A stretch of 63,453 nucleotides of DNA, the filler included. It is 7 parts of 7 records of this genome, joined end to end, with 100 filler letters (N's around TTAATTAATTAA, not from the genome) between each part and the next. Parts side by side here need not be neighbours in the genome. Positions count along the whole stretch, not along the records: positions 13,209 to 28,580 come from SRR20825006_2357; positions 28,681 to 37,516 come from SRR20825006_2364; 5 more parts are not named here. One strand, given 5' to 3'. The position numbers and the translations under genes were made by a program. This document shows positions 19,910-28,766 of the stretch, in pieces; position 1 is the stretch's first letter; every line of letters begins with the position of its first letter. Below the pieces are notes generated by a model. It did no database searches. It saw nothing but the letters and a program-made list of their open reading frames with translations, and was not told the DNA's origin.

Positions 19910-20863
19910 ATGCAAGCGAACACAGCTCCCGATCTTCAGACCGATGCAGCGCCATTGAAGGCGCATGTGCTGGTGAACCTCAAATCCGGTCGCGGGTCAG
20001 GGCAACCTGACGTGCAGGATCTGGAACGCGCCTTCAGGGAGCACGGGATTGATGCGCATATCATCCGGCTCTCACCCGGCGATGACATCCCGGCCCGTGC
20101 CGCGCAGCTGGCCCGCGATGGGGCGGAGCTGGTGGTGGCTGCCGGGGGCGATGGCACAATTTGCGGTGTGGCCTCGGGCCTTGTGGGCAAGCAAACGGTG
20201 ATGGGGGTCATTCCGCTTGGCACGTTCAACTATTTCGGACGCTCGCTGGACATCCCCGAAACCGCCCCCGAGGCCATCGAGGTGATCGCACGGAACCGGC
20301 CCAAGGAATTGCCGGTGGGGATCATCAACGACCGTGTGTTTCTGAACAACGCAAGCCTGGGGATCTATCCGCAAATCCTGCGGACCCGTGAAACCGTCTA
20401 TGCCCGCTGGGGGCGCAGCCGCGTGGCCGCATATTGGTCGGTCTTGAAAACGATGGTACGCCTGCCACGCAGGCTCAAGCTGCAGGTCACGGTCGATGGC
20501 GAAACCCGCGAGATCAAGACATCTCTGTTGTTCGCGGTCTCGAATGCCTTTCAGCTTGAGCAGATGGGACTTGAGGGGGCCGAGTGTATCGAGGCGGGAC
20601 AGCTGGCCGTGCTGATTGCACCCAACAGGGGACGTTTGGGACTGTTGAAAAATGGCATTGCACTGATGCTGGGGCTGGCACAGCGCGATCAGGACTTTGA
20701 CCTGCTGTGCGCCCAAAGCCTGCATATCACCTGTAACCGCAAATCTTTGCTGATCGCGCGTGACGGAGAGCGGACGCGGATCAGGGGGCCGTTCAATCTG
20801 GAATTGCGCCAGGGGGCGCTGAAGGTTCTGACGCCGGGTGGCGAGGACGGGGTGGTGCGTTGA
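19910..20863 (+). CDS. Diacylglycerol/lipid kinase family protein
   Basis: NLKSG, AGGDGT, IPLGTFN and DGE motifs. Confidence 0.88.
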   Translation: MQANTAPDLQTDAAPLKAHVLVNLKSGRGSGQPDVQDLERAFREHGIDAHIIRLSPGDDIPARAAQLARDGAELVVAAGGDGTICGVASGLVGKQTVMGVIPLGTFNYFGRSLDIPETAPEAIEVIARNRPKELPVGIINDRVFLNNASLGIYPQILRTRETVYARWGRSRVAAYWSVLKTMVRLPRRLKLQVTVDGETREIKTSLLFAVSNAFQLEQMGLEGAECIEAGQLAVLIAPNRGRLGLLKNGIALMLGLAQRDQDFDLLCAQSLHITCNRKSLLIARDGERTRIRGPFNLELRQGALKVLTPGGEDGVVR

Positions 20864-21681
20864 AACGGATTATCCACCTGTCAGACTTGCATTTTGGACG
20901 AGACCGCCCCGAACTGATGGCGCCATTGCTGGAACGGATCAACGGACTGGATGCCGATCTGGTGGCGATCTCGGGTGATTTGACCCAGCGCGCGCGGGAT
21001 CAGCAGTTTCAGCAGGCCCGCACGTTCATCGACGCCATCGACGCGCCGACACTGGTGGTGCCGGGCAATCACGACACTCCGCTTTACAACTTTTTTGAAC
21101 GCCTCTTCTGGCCGTTCCGCCGCTATCGCCGCTGGATCTGCCGCGACCTGCAACCGGTTATGCACAGCCCGGAAGCCTCGGTGGTGGGGATCAATTCGGT
21201 CAATCCGCTGGGCATTCAGCGCGGTTGGTTCAGTCCCCACGACATCCGCCGCGTGCGGCGCGGGTTCCGCGATGCCGCCGAGGGCGCCTTGCGCATCGTC
21301 GTTGTACATCATCCGCTTGAGCACTTGCCGGGCGAGCAAAAGAAGCTGATGCGCGGCGCGCACACGGCGATCAAGGCGCTGGGCGACGCGGGCACCGATA
21401 TCGTCCTGTCTGGGCATCTGCACAGTTGGTGCGCCGAAACCTTTGCCCGCATCGAAGATCACCGCGGTGTCATACAGGTTCATGCCGGCACCGGCCTGTC
21501 TAACCGCGTGCGCGGAGAGCCGAACGATTTCAACCTGCTGCACTTGGAAGGGGACCGCGTTCACGTCGAACGCTTTGCCGCCGTGGACAGCACCCGCAGT
21601 TTCGACCACCACCAGAAGTCCAGCTTTCGACGCGATGCTGATGGCTGGACCCAATGCAGCGACCCAATACGACAGGAGTAG
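20860..21681 (+). CDS. Metallophosphoesterase (CpdA/Icc-like)
   Basis: SDLH, GD, GNHD, HHP and GHLH motifs. Confidence 0.9.
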   Translation: MKRIIHLSDLHFGRDRPELMAPLLERINGLDADLVAISGDLTQRARDQQFQQARTFIDAIDAPTLVVPGNHDTPLYNFFERLFWPFRRYRRWICRDLQPVMHSPEASVVGINSVNPLGIQRGWFSPHDIRRVRRGFRDAAEGALRIVVVHHPLEHLPGEQKKLMRGAHTAIKALGDAGTDIVLSGHLHSWCAETFARIEDHRGVIQVHAGTGLSNRVRGEPNDFNLLHLEGDRVHVERFAAVDSTRSFDHHQKSSFRRDADGWTQCSDPIRQE

Positions 21682-21684
21682 ACG

Positions 21685-22281
21685 ATGTTCGACTGGATCA
21701 CCGGTGTGATCGAAAGCAGCGGTCTTTGGGGCGTATTCTTGCTGATGCTCGGTGAGAACGTGTTTCCACCTATCCCGTCCGAAGTGATCATGCCCCTGGG
21801 CGGCTTTCTGGTCCAGCAGGGCAATCTGTCAATGATCGGCGTGATCGTGGCGGGCAGCCTCGGATCATTGCTGGGAACGACCCTGTGGTACTGGGCGGCC
21901 CAAGCCCTGGGCGAGGCGCGTCTGCGCCGGTTGATCATCCGCCACGGACGCTGGCTGACCCTGTCCGAAGCCGATTTCGACCGCGCCGGCGACTGGTTTA
22001 ACCGGCATGGCAACTGGGCTGTGCTGATCGGACGGATGATTCCCGGCGTGCGGACGCTGATTTCGGTGCCTGCGGGGCTGACGGATATGCCACTTGCGCG
22101 GTTTCTGGCCCTGTCGCTGGTGGGCAGTTTGCTGTGGGTCAGTCTGCTGACCGGGGCAGGATACGCGCTGGGCAGCCAATACGAACGGGTGTCGAACTGG
22201 GTCAACCCGGTGACCAACGTGTTGCTGGGCGGGTTGTTGGTGCTGTACCTGTACCGCCTTGTCGCGCAGAAGGGCAGATAG
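21685..22281 (+). CDS. DedA family membrane protein
   Basis: ENVFPPIPSE and GRMIPGVRTLISVPAG motifs. Confidence 0.92.
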   Translation: MFDWITGVIESSGLWGVFLLMLGENVFPPIPSEVIMPLGGFLVQQGNLSMIGVIVAGSLGSLLGTTLWYWAAQALGEARLRRLIIRHGRWLTLSEADFDRAGDWFNRHGNWAVLIGRMIPGVRTLISVPAGLTDMPLARFLALSLVGSLLWVSLLTGAGYALGSQYERVSNWVNPVTNVLLGGLLVLYLYRLVAQKGR

Positions 22282-22353
22282 GGTCTTGCAAGCCTCCGCC
22301 AGACAGCCCGGTGGCGTACACATGCTTTGTCAGGGATATTATTAGGGGGATTT

Positions 22354-22401
22354 TGGAGGCGAGTAGGAGAATCGAACTCCTGTACACGGATTTGCAATCC
22401 G
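22354..22401 (-). mobile_element. att site: displaced 3' portion (48 bp) of tRNA-Cys(GCA)
   Basis: Minus strand CGGATTGCAAATCCGTGTACAGGAGTTCGATTCTCCTACTCGCCTCCA gives the anticodon arm (GCA), T-arm and 3' acceptor strand with CCA. The 5' acceptor strand and D-arm are absent. Confidence 0.85.
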
Positions 22402-22637
22402 GAAAATTTCGTTGATATCAAAGCGGAAAATTGTAAACGGACTTGTTCCGTTCAGGGTCACTTTTCAATAGGTTACAAGCCCCAAGTAAACGGTTTTTCA
22501 CAGGCTCCTGCTCTGGCAAAAAGGCAAAGAAAAGCCGCTGAGGGGGCGGCCACCCACCTCAACGGCATAGAAGAATATTTCCGTCCCAATACCTACGGCA
22601 TTTCTGGTCTGACCTCAACCCAATTGGCGGTGAGATC

Positions 22638-23501
22638 ATGAGCTGGCGTATTGCAAACGAATGCGCCGAGCGACGCTTTGGCAGCGCCGCGCGCAAGCAG
22701 ATCATCATGTTCCTGGCCGATAAGGCGAGCGATGACGGCTCGGGCATCTGGTGCTCCAAGGGCACGATCCAGCGCCACACAGAGCTCAGCGAGAGCACTG
22801 TGAAGCGCACCATCATCGACTTCCTGCGCGAAGGCATTCTGATCGAGACGGGGCGGCGACACTGCAAGAACGGCTACACCGTCATTTACCGGATTGTGTT
22901 GGAGCGCGTAGCCGCGCTCGAACCCACGGCCGAGCCCGACATTGAGACGGGGGTCACTGTGAACCCCGTCCAGCCTGAACCCGGTACGGGGTCCACGGTG
23001 AACGGGGTACGGGGTTCACGGTGGACCCCAAACCATCCTAAAACCATCCATAAACCACCTACGCGCGGGCGCGAGGCGGCGGAGGAGGTTGAAGATCTTG
23101 AAGCTGAGAAGATCTTGGCGGCCTATCCAGAGGACAGGATCCGAGACCGGCGGACCAGTCTGCGTTTGATCTCAGGGGTCGTGAAGGCCGGGGTGGAGCC
23201 CGATGACCTGAAGCGGGCGGTCAAAGCCTATGCCAAGGAAAGCGAGGGCTACACGCGCAGCAAGGTCTGTTTCTCGGACAACTGGCTCAAGATGCGCCGG
23301 TGGGAGAAGGGACTGGCCCAGATCCAGGCCGACCGTGAGAAAGCGCGAGAGGCCGAAGCCAAAGGCCGCGCCAGCCTCGCCGAGTGGATCCACGAGCGCC
23401 ATCCCCTGTGCCGCCATATCACGAACCGCCAGATCGAGGATCTGATCGCGACAAAGCTGGTGACGCCTGAGCAGGTTCGCGCTGCGGGGCTGCAGGCGTG
23501 A
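22638..23501 (+). CDS. Winged-HTH protein, phage/plasmid replication-initiator-like
   Basis: N-terminal LADKASDDGSGIWCSKGTIQRHTELSESTVKR wHTH; low-complexity linker encoded by repeats; C-terminal YP/DNW domain. Confidence 0.7.
   Translation: MSWRIANECAERRFGSAARKQIIMFLADKASDDGSGIWCSKGTIQRHTELSESTVKRTIIDFLREGILIETGRRHCKNGYTVIYRIVLERVAALEPTAEPDIETGVTVNPVQPEPGTGSTVNGVRGSRWTPNHPKTIHKPPTRGREAAEEVEDLEAEKILAAYPEDRIRDRRTSLRLISGVVKAGVEPDDLKRAVKAYAKESEGYTRSKVCFSDNWLKMRRWEKGLAQIQADREKAREAEAKGRASLAEWIHERHPLCRHITNRQIEDLIATKLVTPEQVRAAGLQA
22947..23060 (+). repeat. Iteron-like repeats inside the initiator gene
   Basis: 18-mers ACGGGG(G/T)(T/C)CAC(T/G)GTG(A/G)AC at 22947, 22986 and 23009, then AAACCA(T/C)C at 23030, 23041 and 23052. 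Confidence 0.7.
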
Positions 23502-23587
23502 GTGTCGTTGTGCAATTTGAGATATGCCTTTCCTTATCTCAGAAACGGCATTGTTTTTTGAGAAAAGGCTGATGATGAGGTTTCGTA

Positions 23588-23659
23588 TATGATGCTCAGA
23601 TCATACCTGCCCTTTATGGCGCGGAGATCATATTGACAATTTATGACTTAGGGGTCATA
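23588..23659. promoter_or_regulatory. Three palindromic operators (TATGRY-N6-RTCATA) around a TTGACA -35 box upstream of hipB
   Basis: tatgat-gctcag-atcata (23588), tatggc-gcggag-atcata (23615), tatgac-ttaggg-gtcata (23642); 27-bp period; TTGACA at 23633. Confidence 0.8.
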
Positions 23660-23680
23660 TGTGGCGACAGGAGAACCGCC

Positions 23681-23932
23681 ATGAAACACCTCGTTCGTAC
23701 ATCAAAAAACTTGGGCCACGCAATTCGCGAAGCTCGGAAGGCAAAGAAACTGACCCAGAAGGAACTCGCCTCGATGAGCGGTGTCTGGCAGGAGACGATC
23801 TCCAAGATCGAGAACGGCAGCGGGGGCACCAAGCTGGAAACGGTATTCGATTTGATCGCGGCCTTGGAGCTCGAAATTACGGTGACCGAGCGCAGCAAAG
23901 GCGCATCAGACGGGCTAGAGGACATTTTCTGA
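23681..23932 (+). CDS. hipB: HipB-like XRE antitoxin
   Basis: 83-aa HTH_3 (LTQKELA...QETISKIENG) ending 1 bp before hipA; RBS aggag. Confidence 0.88.
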   Translation: MKHLVRTSKNLGHAIREARKAKKLTQKELASMSGVWQETISKIENGSGGTKLETVFDLIAALELEITVTERSKGASDGLEDIF

Positions 23933-23933
23933 C

Positions 23934-25235
23934 ATGGGCCGCAAGCGCAGCTACACACCGCTGAACGTTTTCATGAACGCGCGGCTCGTGGGTCAATTGG
24001 TGCGTGAGCCCTCAGGCGGCATCAGTTTCGCCTATGCACGTGACTGGCTCGAATGGGAGCACCGGATGCCGGTGTCTTTGTCGCTGCCGTTGCAGGAAAA
24101 CCGCTACAGCGGTGCACCTGTGATGGCCGTCTTTGACAACCTGTTGCCCGACAGTGACCTCATCCGTCGAAGGGTCGCGGAACGCGTGGGGGCCGAGGGC
24201 GTAGATGCCTTCAGTTTGCTGTCACAAATTGGACGCGACTGTGTTGGAGCGCTTCAGTTTCTACCCGATGGGCAAGAGCCACAACCGATGTCTGAGTTGA
24301 CTGGGGAACCTGTTGACGAGGCTCAGATCGGAGCAATCTTGAGCGACCTCGATCTCGCGCCTCTAGGTATTCGCCGCGAGAATGACTTCCGAATTTCTGT
24401 CGCTGGCGCGCAGGAGAAAACGGCGCTGCTTCGTAAAGATGGTCAGTGGATTGAGCCAACCGGGACGACGCCAACCACGCACATTATCAAGCCGCAAATC
24501 GGCAGGCTGCCCAACGGTATGGACCTGTCCGACAGCGTCGAAAACGAATACTTGTGCCTGAAGTTGATGGAAGCCTTTGGGCTTCGGGCTGCGAATGTCG
24601 AGATGGCGCAATTTGGCGACAAGAAAGCCTTGGTGGTTGAGCGTTTTGATCGGCGCTGGACGTCAGATGGCCGCTTGATCCGTCTGCCGCAGGAAGATTG
24701 CTGCCAAGCGCTATCCATTGTGCCCACGCAAAAGTACCAGAACGAGGGCGGCCCAGGCATCTCTGGTATCATGGATCTCTTGTTGGGGAGCGATGATCCC
24801 AACAAAGACCGGTACGACTTTTTCAAAGCGAACGTCCTGTTCTGGTTGCTGGGTGCGACAGACGGCCATGGTAAGAACTTCAGCGTCAGTCTTTTGCCCG
24901 GCGGCCGTTTTCACATGACGCCACTGTACGACGTTTTGACGGTGCAACCGACCGTCGACGCCCGGCAGATCGAGCGGAAATACTTCAAACTGGCCATGAA
25001 CTTCGGCAACTCGAACCACTACAAGGTTTCGAATATCGTGGGCCGCCACATCGTGGAGACCGGCGTGCAATCCGGCTTGTCCCGCGCAGTCGTGCAGGGC
25101 CTGTTCGAAGAACTACAGGAGACCTCGCACGCGATCGTTGAGGCCACGTTCAATCGGCTTCCGGATGGTTTCCCGGAGGCGTTGCTTGCTTCGATCGACG
25201 GCGCGCTGAAGGCGAGGTTGCACCTATTGAGCTGA
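23934..25235 (+). CDS. hipA: HipA serine/threonine kinase toxin
   Basis: ISVAGAQEK, IIKP, ERFDR, QED, DGHGKNFS and PLYD motifs, all intact. Confidence 0.95.
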   Translation: MGRKRSYTPLNVFMNARLVGQLVREPSGGISFAYARDWLEWEHRMPVSLSLPLQENRYSGAPVMAVFDNLLPDSDLIRRRVAERVGAEGVDAFSLLSQIGRDCVGALQFLPDGQEPQPMSELTGEPVDEAQIGAILSDLDLAPLGIRRENDFRISVAGAQEKTALLRKDGQWIEPTGTTPTTHIIKPQIGRLPNGMDLSDSVENEYLCLKLMEAFGLRAANVEMAQFGDKKALVVERFDRRWTSDGRLIRLPQEDCCQALSIVPTQKYQNEGGPGISGIMDLLLGSDDPNKDRYDFFKANVLFWLLGATDGHGKNFSVSLLPGGRFHMTPLYDVLTVQPTVDARQIERKYFKLAMNFGNSNHYKVSNIVGRHIVETGVQSGLSRAVVQGLFEELQETSHAIVEATFNRLPDGFPEALLASIDGALKARLHLLS

Positions 25236-25308
25236 TGCTTCACGGCATGGCTGCGCCCAAAAATTCGGCGCAAACCATGATCAAACCGCCTTGGATGCGG
25301 CTCCCCAT

Positions 25309-26718
25309 CTACCCAATTCGCCCCCAAAAACCAGATTTTCTGCCATGGTTTTTTCGAAGCTGGGCCATATAAGATCCATGTTCCATCACGCCTTCCGGAA
25401 GGAAGGGATCAGCAGCCTCGGCCAGCAGGGCAAGTTTTGCCAAATACTTCGCCCCATGCCCATATGCCTTGGATCGCGCCGCCTTGAGGATATCGTCCAG
25501 AAGCGCGCGATAGAGGATCGTTGCCGCCGCCTGATGCTCATGTTCCAGCGTTTCTGCAGTTTTGGGCAAGCTGTGCCAGAGGCCTCCATCCCAGTGAGCG
25601 TGATGCTGAAGGATGACCTGTGCGGCGAGGTCAAGGCGTGGCCAATCGAGATAAAACCGCAAAGCTAATTCCGGAACCTGATGAGACAGGCCATACTGCA
25701 AAGCGTTTGTCTCGGCTTCAATGTCATCAAAGTCAGGTAAGTTTTTCAGATAATCGCGCAGGATGTCGGCTGATAATCGGCTCTCAAAGCACTGCCAGCG
25801 CAGTGCTTGAGCTGCTGATTTGTCACCCAATGCTTCCAAAATAGACGCTTCGATTTTGACTCTTTGGGGGGACAGCGCGTCATCCTGTCCTTTGACGTGT
25901 GATCCAGGTTTGCGCACCCATTCCAGAGCTTCATCGGCGCGACCAGCAGCCAGCAAACGCACAGCCATACCCTGAACATCCTGCATATGTGGCTTTTTGG
26001 CGCTTTCTAGGGTAATCATCAGGTCAATATCACCGCGTGCCACAGCAATTGTTTGGCGCATTTCTGACCACTGAGAGGTCATGGAATAATGCCAGCGATC
26101 CGTCGAAAGCTTGGCCTCTTCAAGTTTGCGCTTTGTAATCGCGGCGTCGAGGTCAGCATCCCATTGCGCCAGCGTAGATTGCGGCAGATGTGGCGCGATG
26201 GCCTTGGTCAGATCAGCCAGATAGCCGTGCGTGGTTTCGCCAAGGCGTGCCATAATTCTATCAGGCAGCAATGCAGCCTCATGGGCGCTCAGCTGTGCCG
26301 TCAATTTTCCAGCGCTTATGATAGCCAGATAGTAGACATCCTGAACATGGCCTGATGAGTCATCGACCCGTTCGAACACGCGCTCATGTGTTGCAATGAA
26401 CCGTATGAAACGGTCCATCGCCATATCCGGAGCGACCGGTGCAAGCTCGGCCTCGATTGTGTCGGTCAGGCTTTGCATATCATCGCGAAAGGCGCGGGCT
26501 TTGTCCCATTCAATGAAGCTTTTGGCGCGTTCCAGACCCGAAAGCCGTCGGTCGATCAGCTTCGCAATGCCTTCCGGCCCGGATTTCGCGGCGAGTGCCG
26601 CTTTGACCTGACGGCGAAAGCCAGCGTTGCGCTCGGCCTCATCCAGCACCAGTTGGGCAAGTTTTTGAGCGGGCAACTCGGACAGTTTTTCGATGGAAAG
26701 AGAGGGTTTTCGAGCCAT
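25309..26718 (-). CDS. DUF6880-like helical protein of unknown function
   Basis: 469 aa; ERVDDSSG and C-terminal ARSKAYGHGA...HGRKSGFW recall this family (recognised from memory, not searched). Confidence 0.7.
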   Translation of the reverse strand: MARKPSLSIEKLSELPAQKLAQLVLDEAERNAGFRRQVKAALAAKSGPEGIAKLIDRRLSGLERAKSFIEWDKARAFRDDMQSLTDTIEAELAPVAPDMAMDRFIRFIATHERVFERVDDSSGHVQDVYYLAIISAGKLTAQLSAHEAALLPDRIMARLGETTHGYLADLTKAIAPHLPQSTLAQWDADLDAAITKRKLEEAKLSTDRWHYSMTSQWSEMRQTIAVARGDIDLMITLESAKKPHMQDVQGMAVRLLAAGRADEALEWVRKPGSHVKGQDDALSPQRVKIEASILEALGDKSAAQALRWQCFESRLSADILRDYLKNLPDFDDIEAETNALQYGLSHQVPELALRFYLDWPRLDLAAQVILQHHAHWDGGLWHSLPKTAETLEHEHQAAATILYRALLDDILKAARSKAYGHGAKYLAKLALLAEAADPFLPEGVMEHGSYMAQLRKNHGRKSGFWGRIG

Positions 26719-27155
26719 GGATCAGGTCACTTCATTTAGCGAGCTAACCGGCCTTTCCAGGAGCGTGTAGGGTGCGGTTATCCTCAGAATAATTCGCGTC
26801 AATTGATAGCTTCTAATTGAGAATTTCGTAAGCAGGTTTTCCATGATGAACGCCGTATGGGGTCTGAAGGCTGTTAAAGCGCCCTCTTTCAAGAAGCCTT
26901 GCTTCCAGATCGGTGTCACGTTTGTGGCTCGGCAGCGGATAAAACTCATGCTTGGCGAACTTAAGTGATTTCACGCCGTTTCCGTTCAGCACGAGTGAAC
27001 GCATTGCATTTGTGTGGCTATGTGAGCCTGTAGGCGCAATGGAGTGACCGGTCTGTGTTTCCTATTGGTAACCTTAATACCTTCAATGTTATATTGAGGC
27101 AACATAAGATGTGACTCGAGTGGCGGTGTTCGGTCATGGAGATAAGCGGTGGAAA

Positions 27156-27184
27156 TTGACATTAACGTTGTACCAGCGTAACAT
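27156..27184 (+). promoter_or_regulatory. Sigma70-type promoter of the second HTH-HipA module
   Basis: TTGACA-17 bp-TAACAT, 32 bp before the ATG; RBS ggaggt. Confidence 0.65.
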
Positions 27185-27216
27185 TTGGGCGCTTAGTGTC
27201 GCTTGGAGGTATCATT

Positions 27217-27519
27217 ATGGCAGTTTCGATCAAAATACCCAGGGCGGCCCGTAAGGAGCTCGTGACACTTGGAGAAAACATTCGTGTTGCGCGACTGCGC
27301 CGCAAGTTGACCGCTGAGATTGTCGCGCAGCGCGCCGGAACAACGCGGCAGACCATCGCCAAGATCGAAAGCGGGAACCCCGCAGTTAAGATCGGCACTT
27401 ACGTGGCCGTGTTGCAGGCGCTTGGCCTCCTGAAAGGCTGGGGGGATATCGATGACCCGGTTGGCGAGCAGATGGCCCTGGATGACCTCCCGCAGCGTGC
27501 GAGACTGAAAAATGGTTGA
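27217..27519 (+). CDS. XRE-family HTH antitoxin
   Basis: LGENIRVARLRR...TIAKIESG...LPQRAR; overlaps the hipA-like gene. Confidence 0.85.
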   Translation: MAVSIKIPRAARKELVTLGENIRVARLRRKLTAEIVAQRAGTTRQTIAKIESGNPAVKIGTYVAVLQALGLLKGWGDIDDPVGEQMALDDLPQRARLKNG

Positions 27520-28580
27520 GGTCTGGATCGACTGGAAGGGACTGAAACAGGTCGGCACGCTCCACCGTACAGCGGGGCGCGGCCGAGAGCGGGTGTCCTT
27601 TACCTATCATGACGATTGGCTTGCCGACGAAAATGCCTTTGGGCTTTCGCCGGACATGCCTCTCGTTAAAGGGCAATTCGTGCCTGAGGCGGGGCAGGAC
27701 ATGCTTGCGCCGCTTGGGGATTCTGCCCCTGATACCTGGGGGCGAACGGTGATGCGGCGCTATGAGGGGCGCATCGCAGAAGCCGAGGGGCGACGTCCGA
27801 GAGTGCTGCAAGAAACCGACTACCTTCTTGGTGTTAACGACGAGACCCGTTTGGGTGCGCTGCGCTTTAAGGTTGATGGGGAGTTTCAAGCGCGCGGCGG
27901 CATCGGCGTGCCTGCGCTCGTGAGCCTTGGGGATTTGCTTCATGCCTCGCAACGCGTTCTTCGCGGGGATGAGACCGCTAAGGACCTCCAAATGCTGTTT
28001 GCGCCGGGAAGTTCCCTGGGAGGCGCTCGGCCAAAGGCCAGCATCCTCGACCAACACGGCCGTCTTTCTGTCGCCAAGTTCCCGAAAGAGACAGACACCT
28101 ATTGCGTAGAACGATGGGAAGCCATTGCATTGGAGTTGGCAAGACGCGCTGGAATTACGGTTTCGGATCACACGCTTGAGATGGCGGGCGACAAGCCTGT
28201 TTTCTTGTCCCATCGGTTTGATCGGAACGATGACGGCAGGATCCCGTTCATGTCGGCCATGGCGATGCTGGGCGGCAAAGATGGCGAAAGCTACAGCTAC
28301 TTGGACCTGGCCGATATTATCACCTCAGAAAGCGTGACGCCTGACCAAGACCGGGAAGAGCTCTACCGGCGGGTGGCCTTTTCCATTCTCGTCACGAACC
28401 TCGATGACCACATGCGCAATCATGGATTTCTGCGTGGGCGGGGCGGCTGGCACCTTTCACCGGCCTACGACATCAACCCTGTGCCGAACCAACCGCGCGT
28501 GCTTAAGAGCTACATTGATGACGACAATCCGGATGCCAGTATTGTGAACAGGCATGCAATTTTGGCTCTGACTCAAAGTT
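27512..28580 (+). CDS. Second HipA-family kinase toxin (GSSLGGARPK subtype), 3' end truncated or interrupted
   Basis: DSAPDTWGR, GSSLGGARPKA, AKFP, NLDDHMRNHGF and LSPAYD motifs. Confidence 0.9.
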
Positions 28581-28680
28581 NNNNNNNNNNNNNNNNNNNN
28601 NNNNNNNNNNNNNNNNNNNNNNNNTTAATTAATTAANNNNNNNNNNNNNNNNNNNNNNNNNNNNNNNNNNNNNNNNNNNN
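28581..28680. other. Artificial contig-joining spacer
   Basis: N run with TTAATTAATTAA. Confidence 0.99.
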
Positions 28681-28766
28681 ATGACCACCAACAACTCCAC
28701 CAATGTGAAAGCGGAACGCTTCACAATGTGAATGCTAAATCGGTCGTGTGAGCTGACATAAATCAT
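28681..28766 (-). CDS. Prepilin-type protein, N-terminus only
   Basis: Manual translation MIYVSSHDRFSIHIVKRSAFTLVELLVV; ATGA overlap with the upstream pilin. Confidence 0.8.

Larger units (their letters stand above)
22402..28580. mobile_element. One end of a genomic island or prophage-like element integrated at tRNA-Cys (continues past the contig end)
   Basis: Bounded by the tRNA-Cys fragment; carries a replication-initiator-like HTH protein and toxin-antitoxin cargo. Confidence 0.78.

Noticed and set aside
22354-22401. Functional tRNA-Cys gene
   Set aside because: The 5' acceptor strand and D-arm are missing, so it is treated as an att remnant.
26722-27004. Two short overlapping ORFs (75 and 63 aa) inside the island
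   Set aside because: No motif or clear RBS. They could be a gene remnant, but this cannot be supported from sequence alone.
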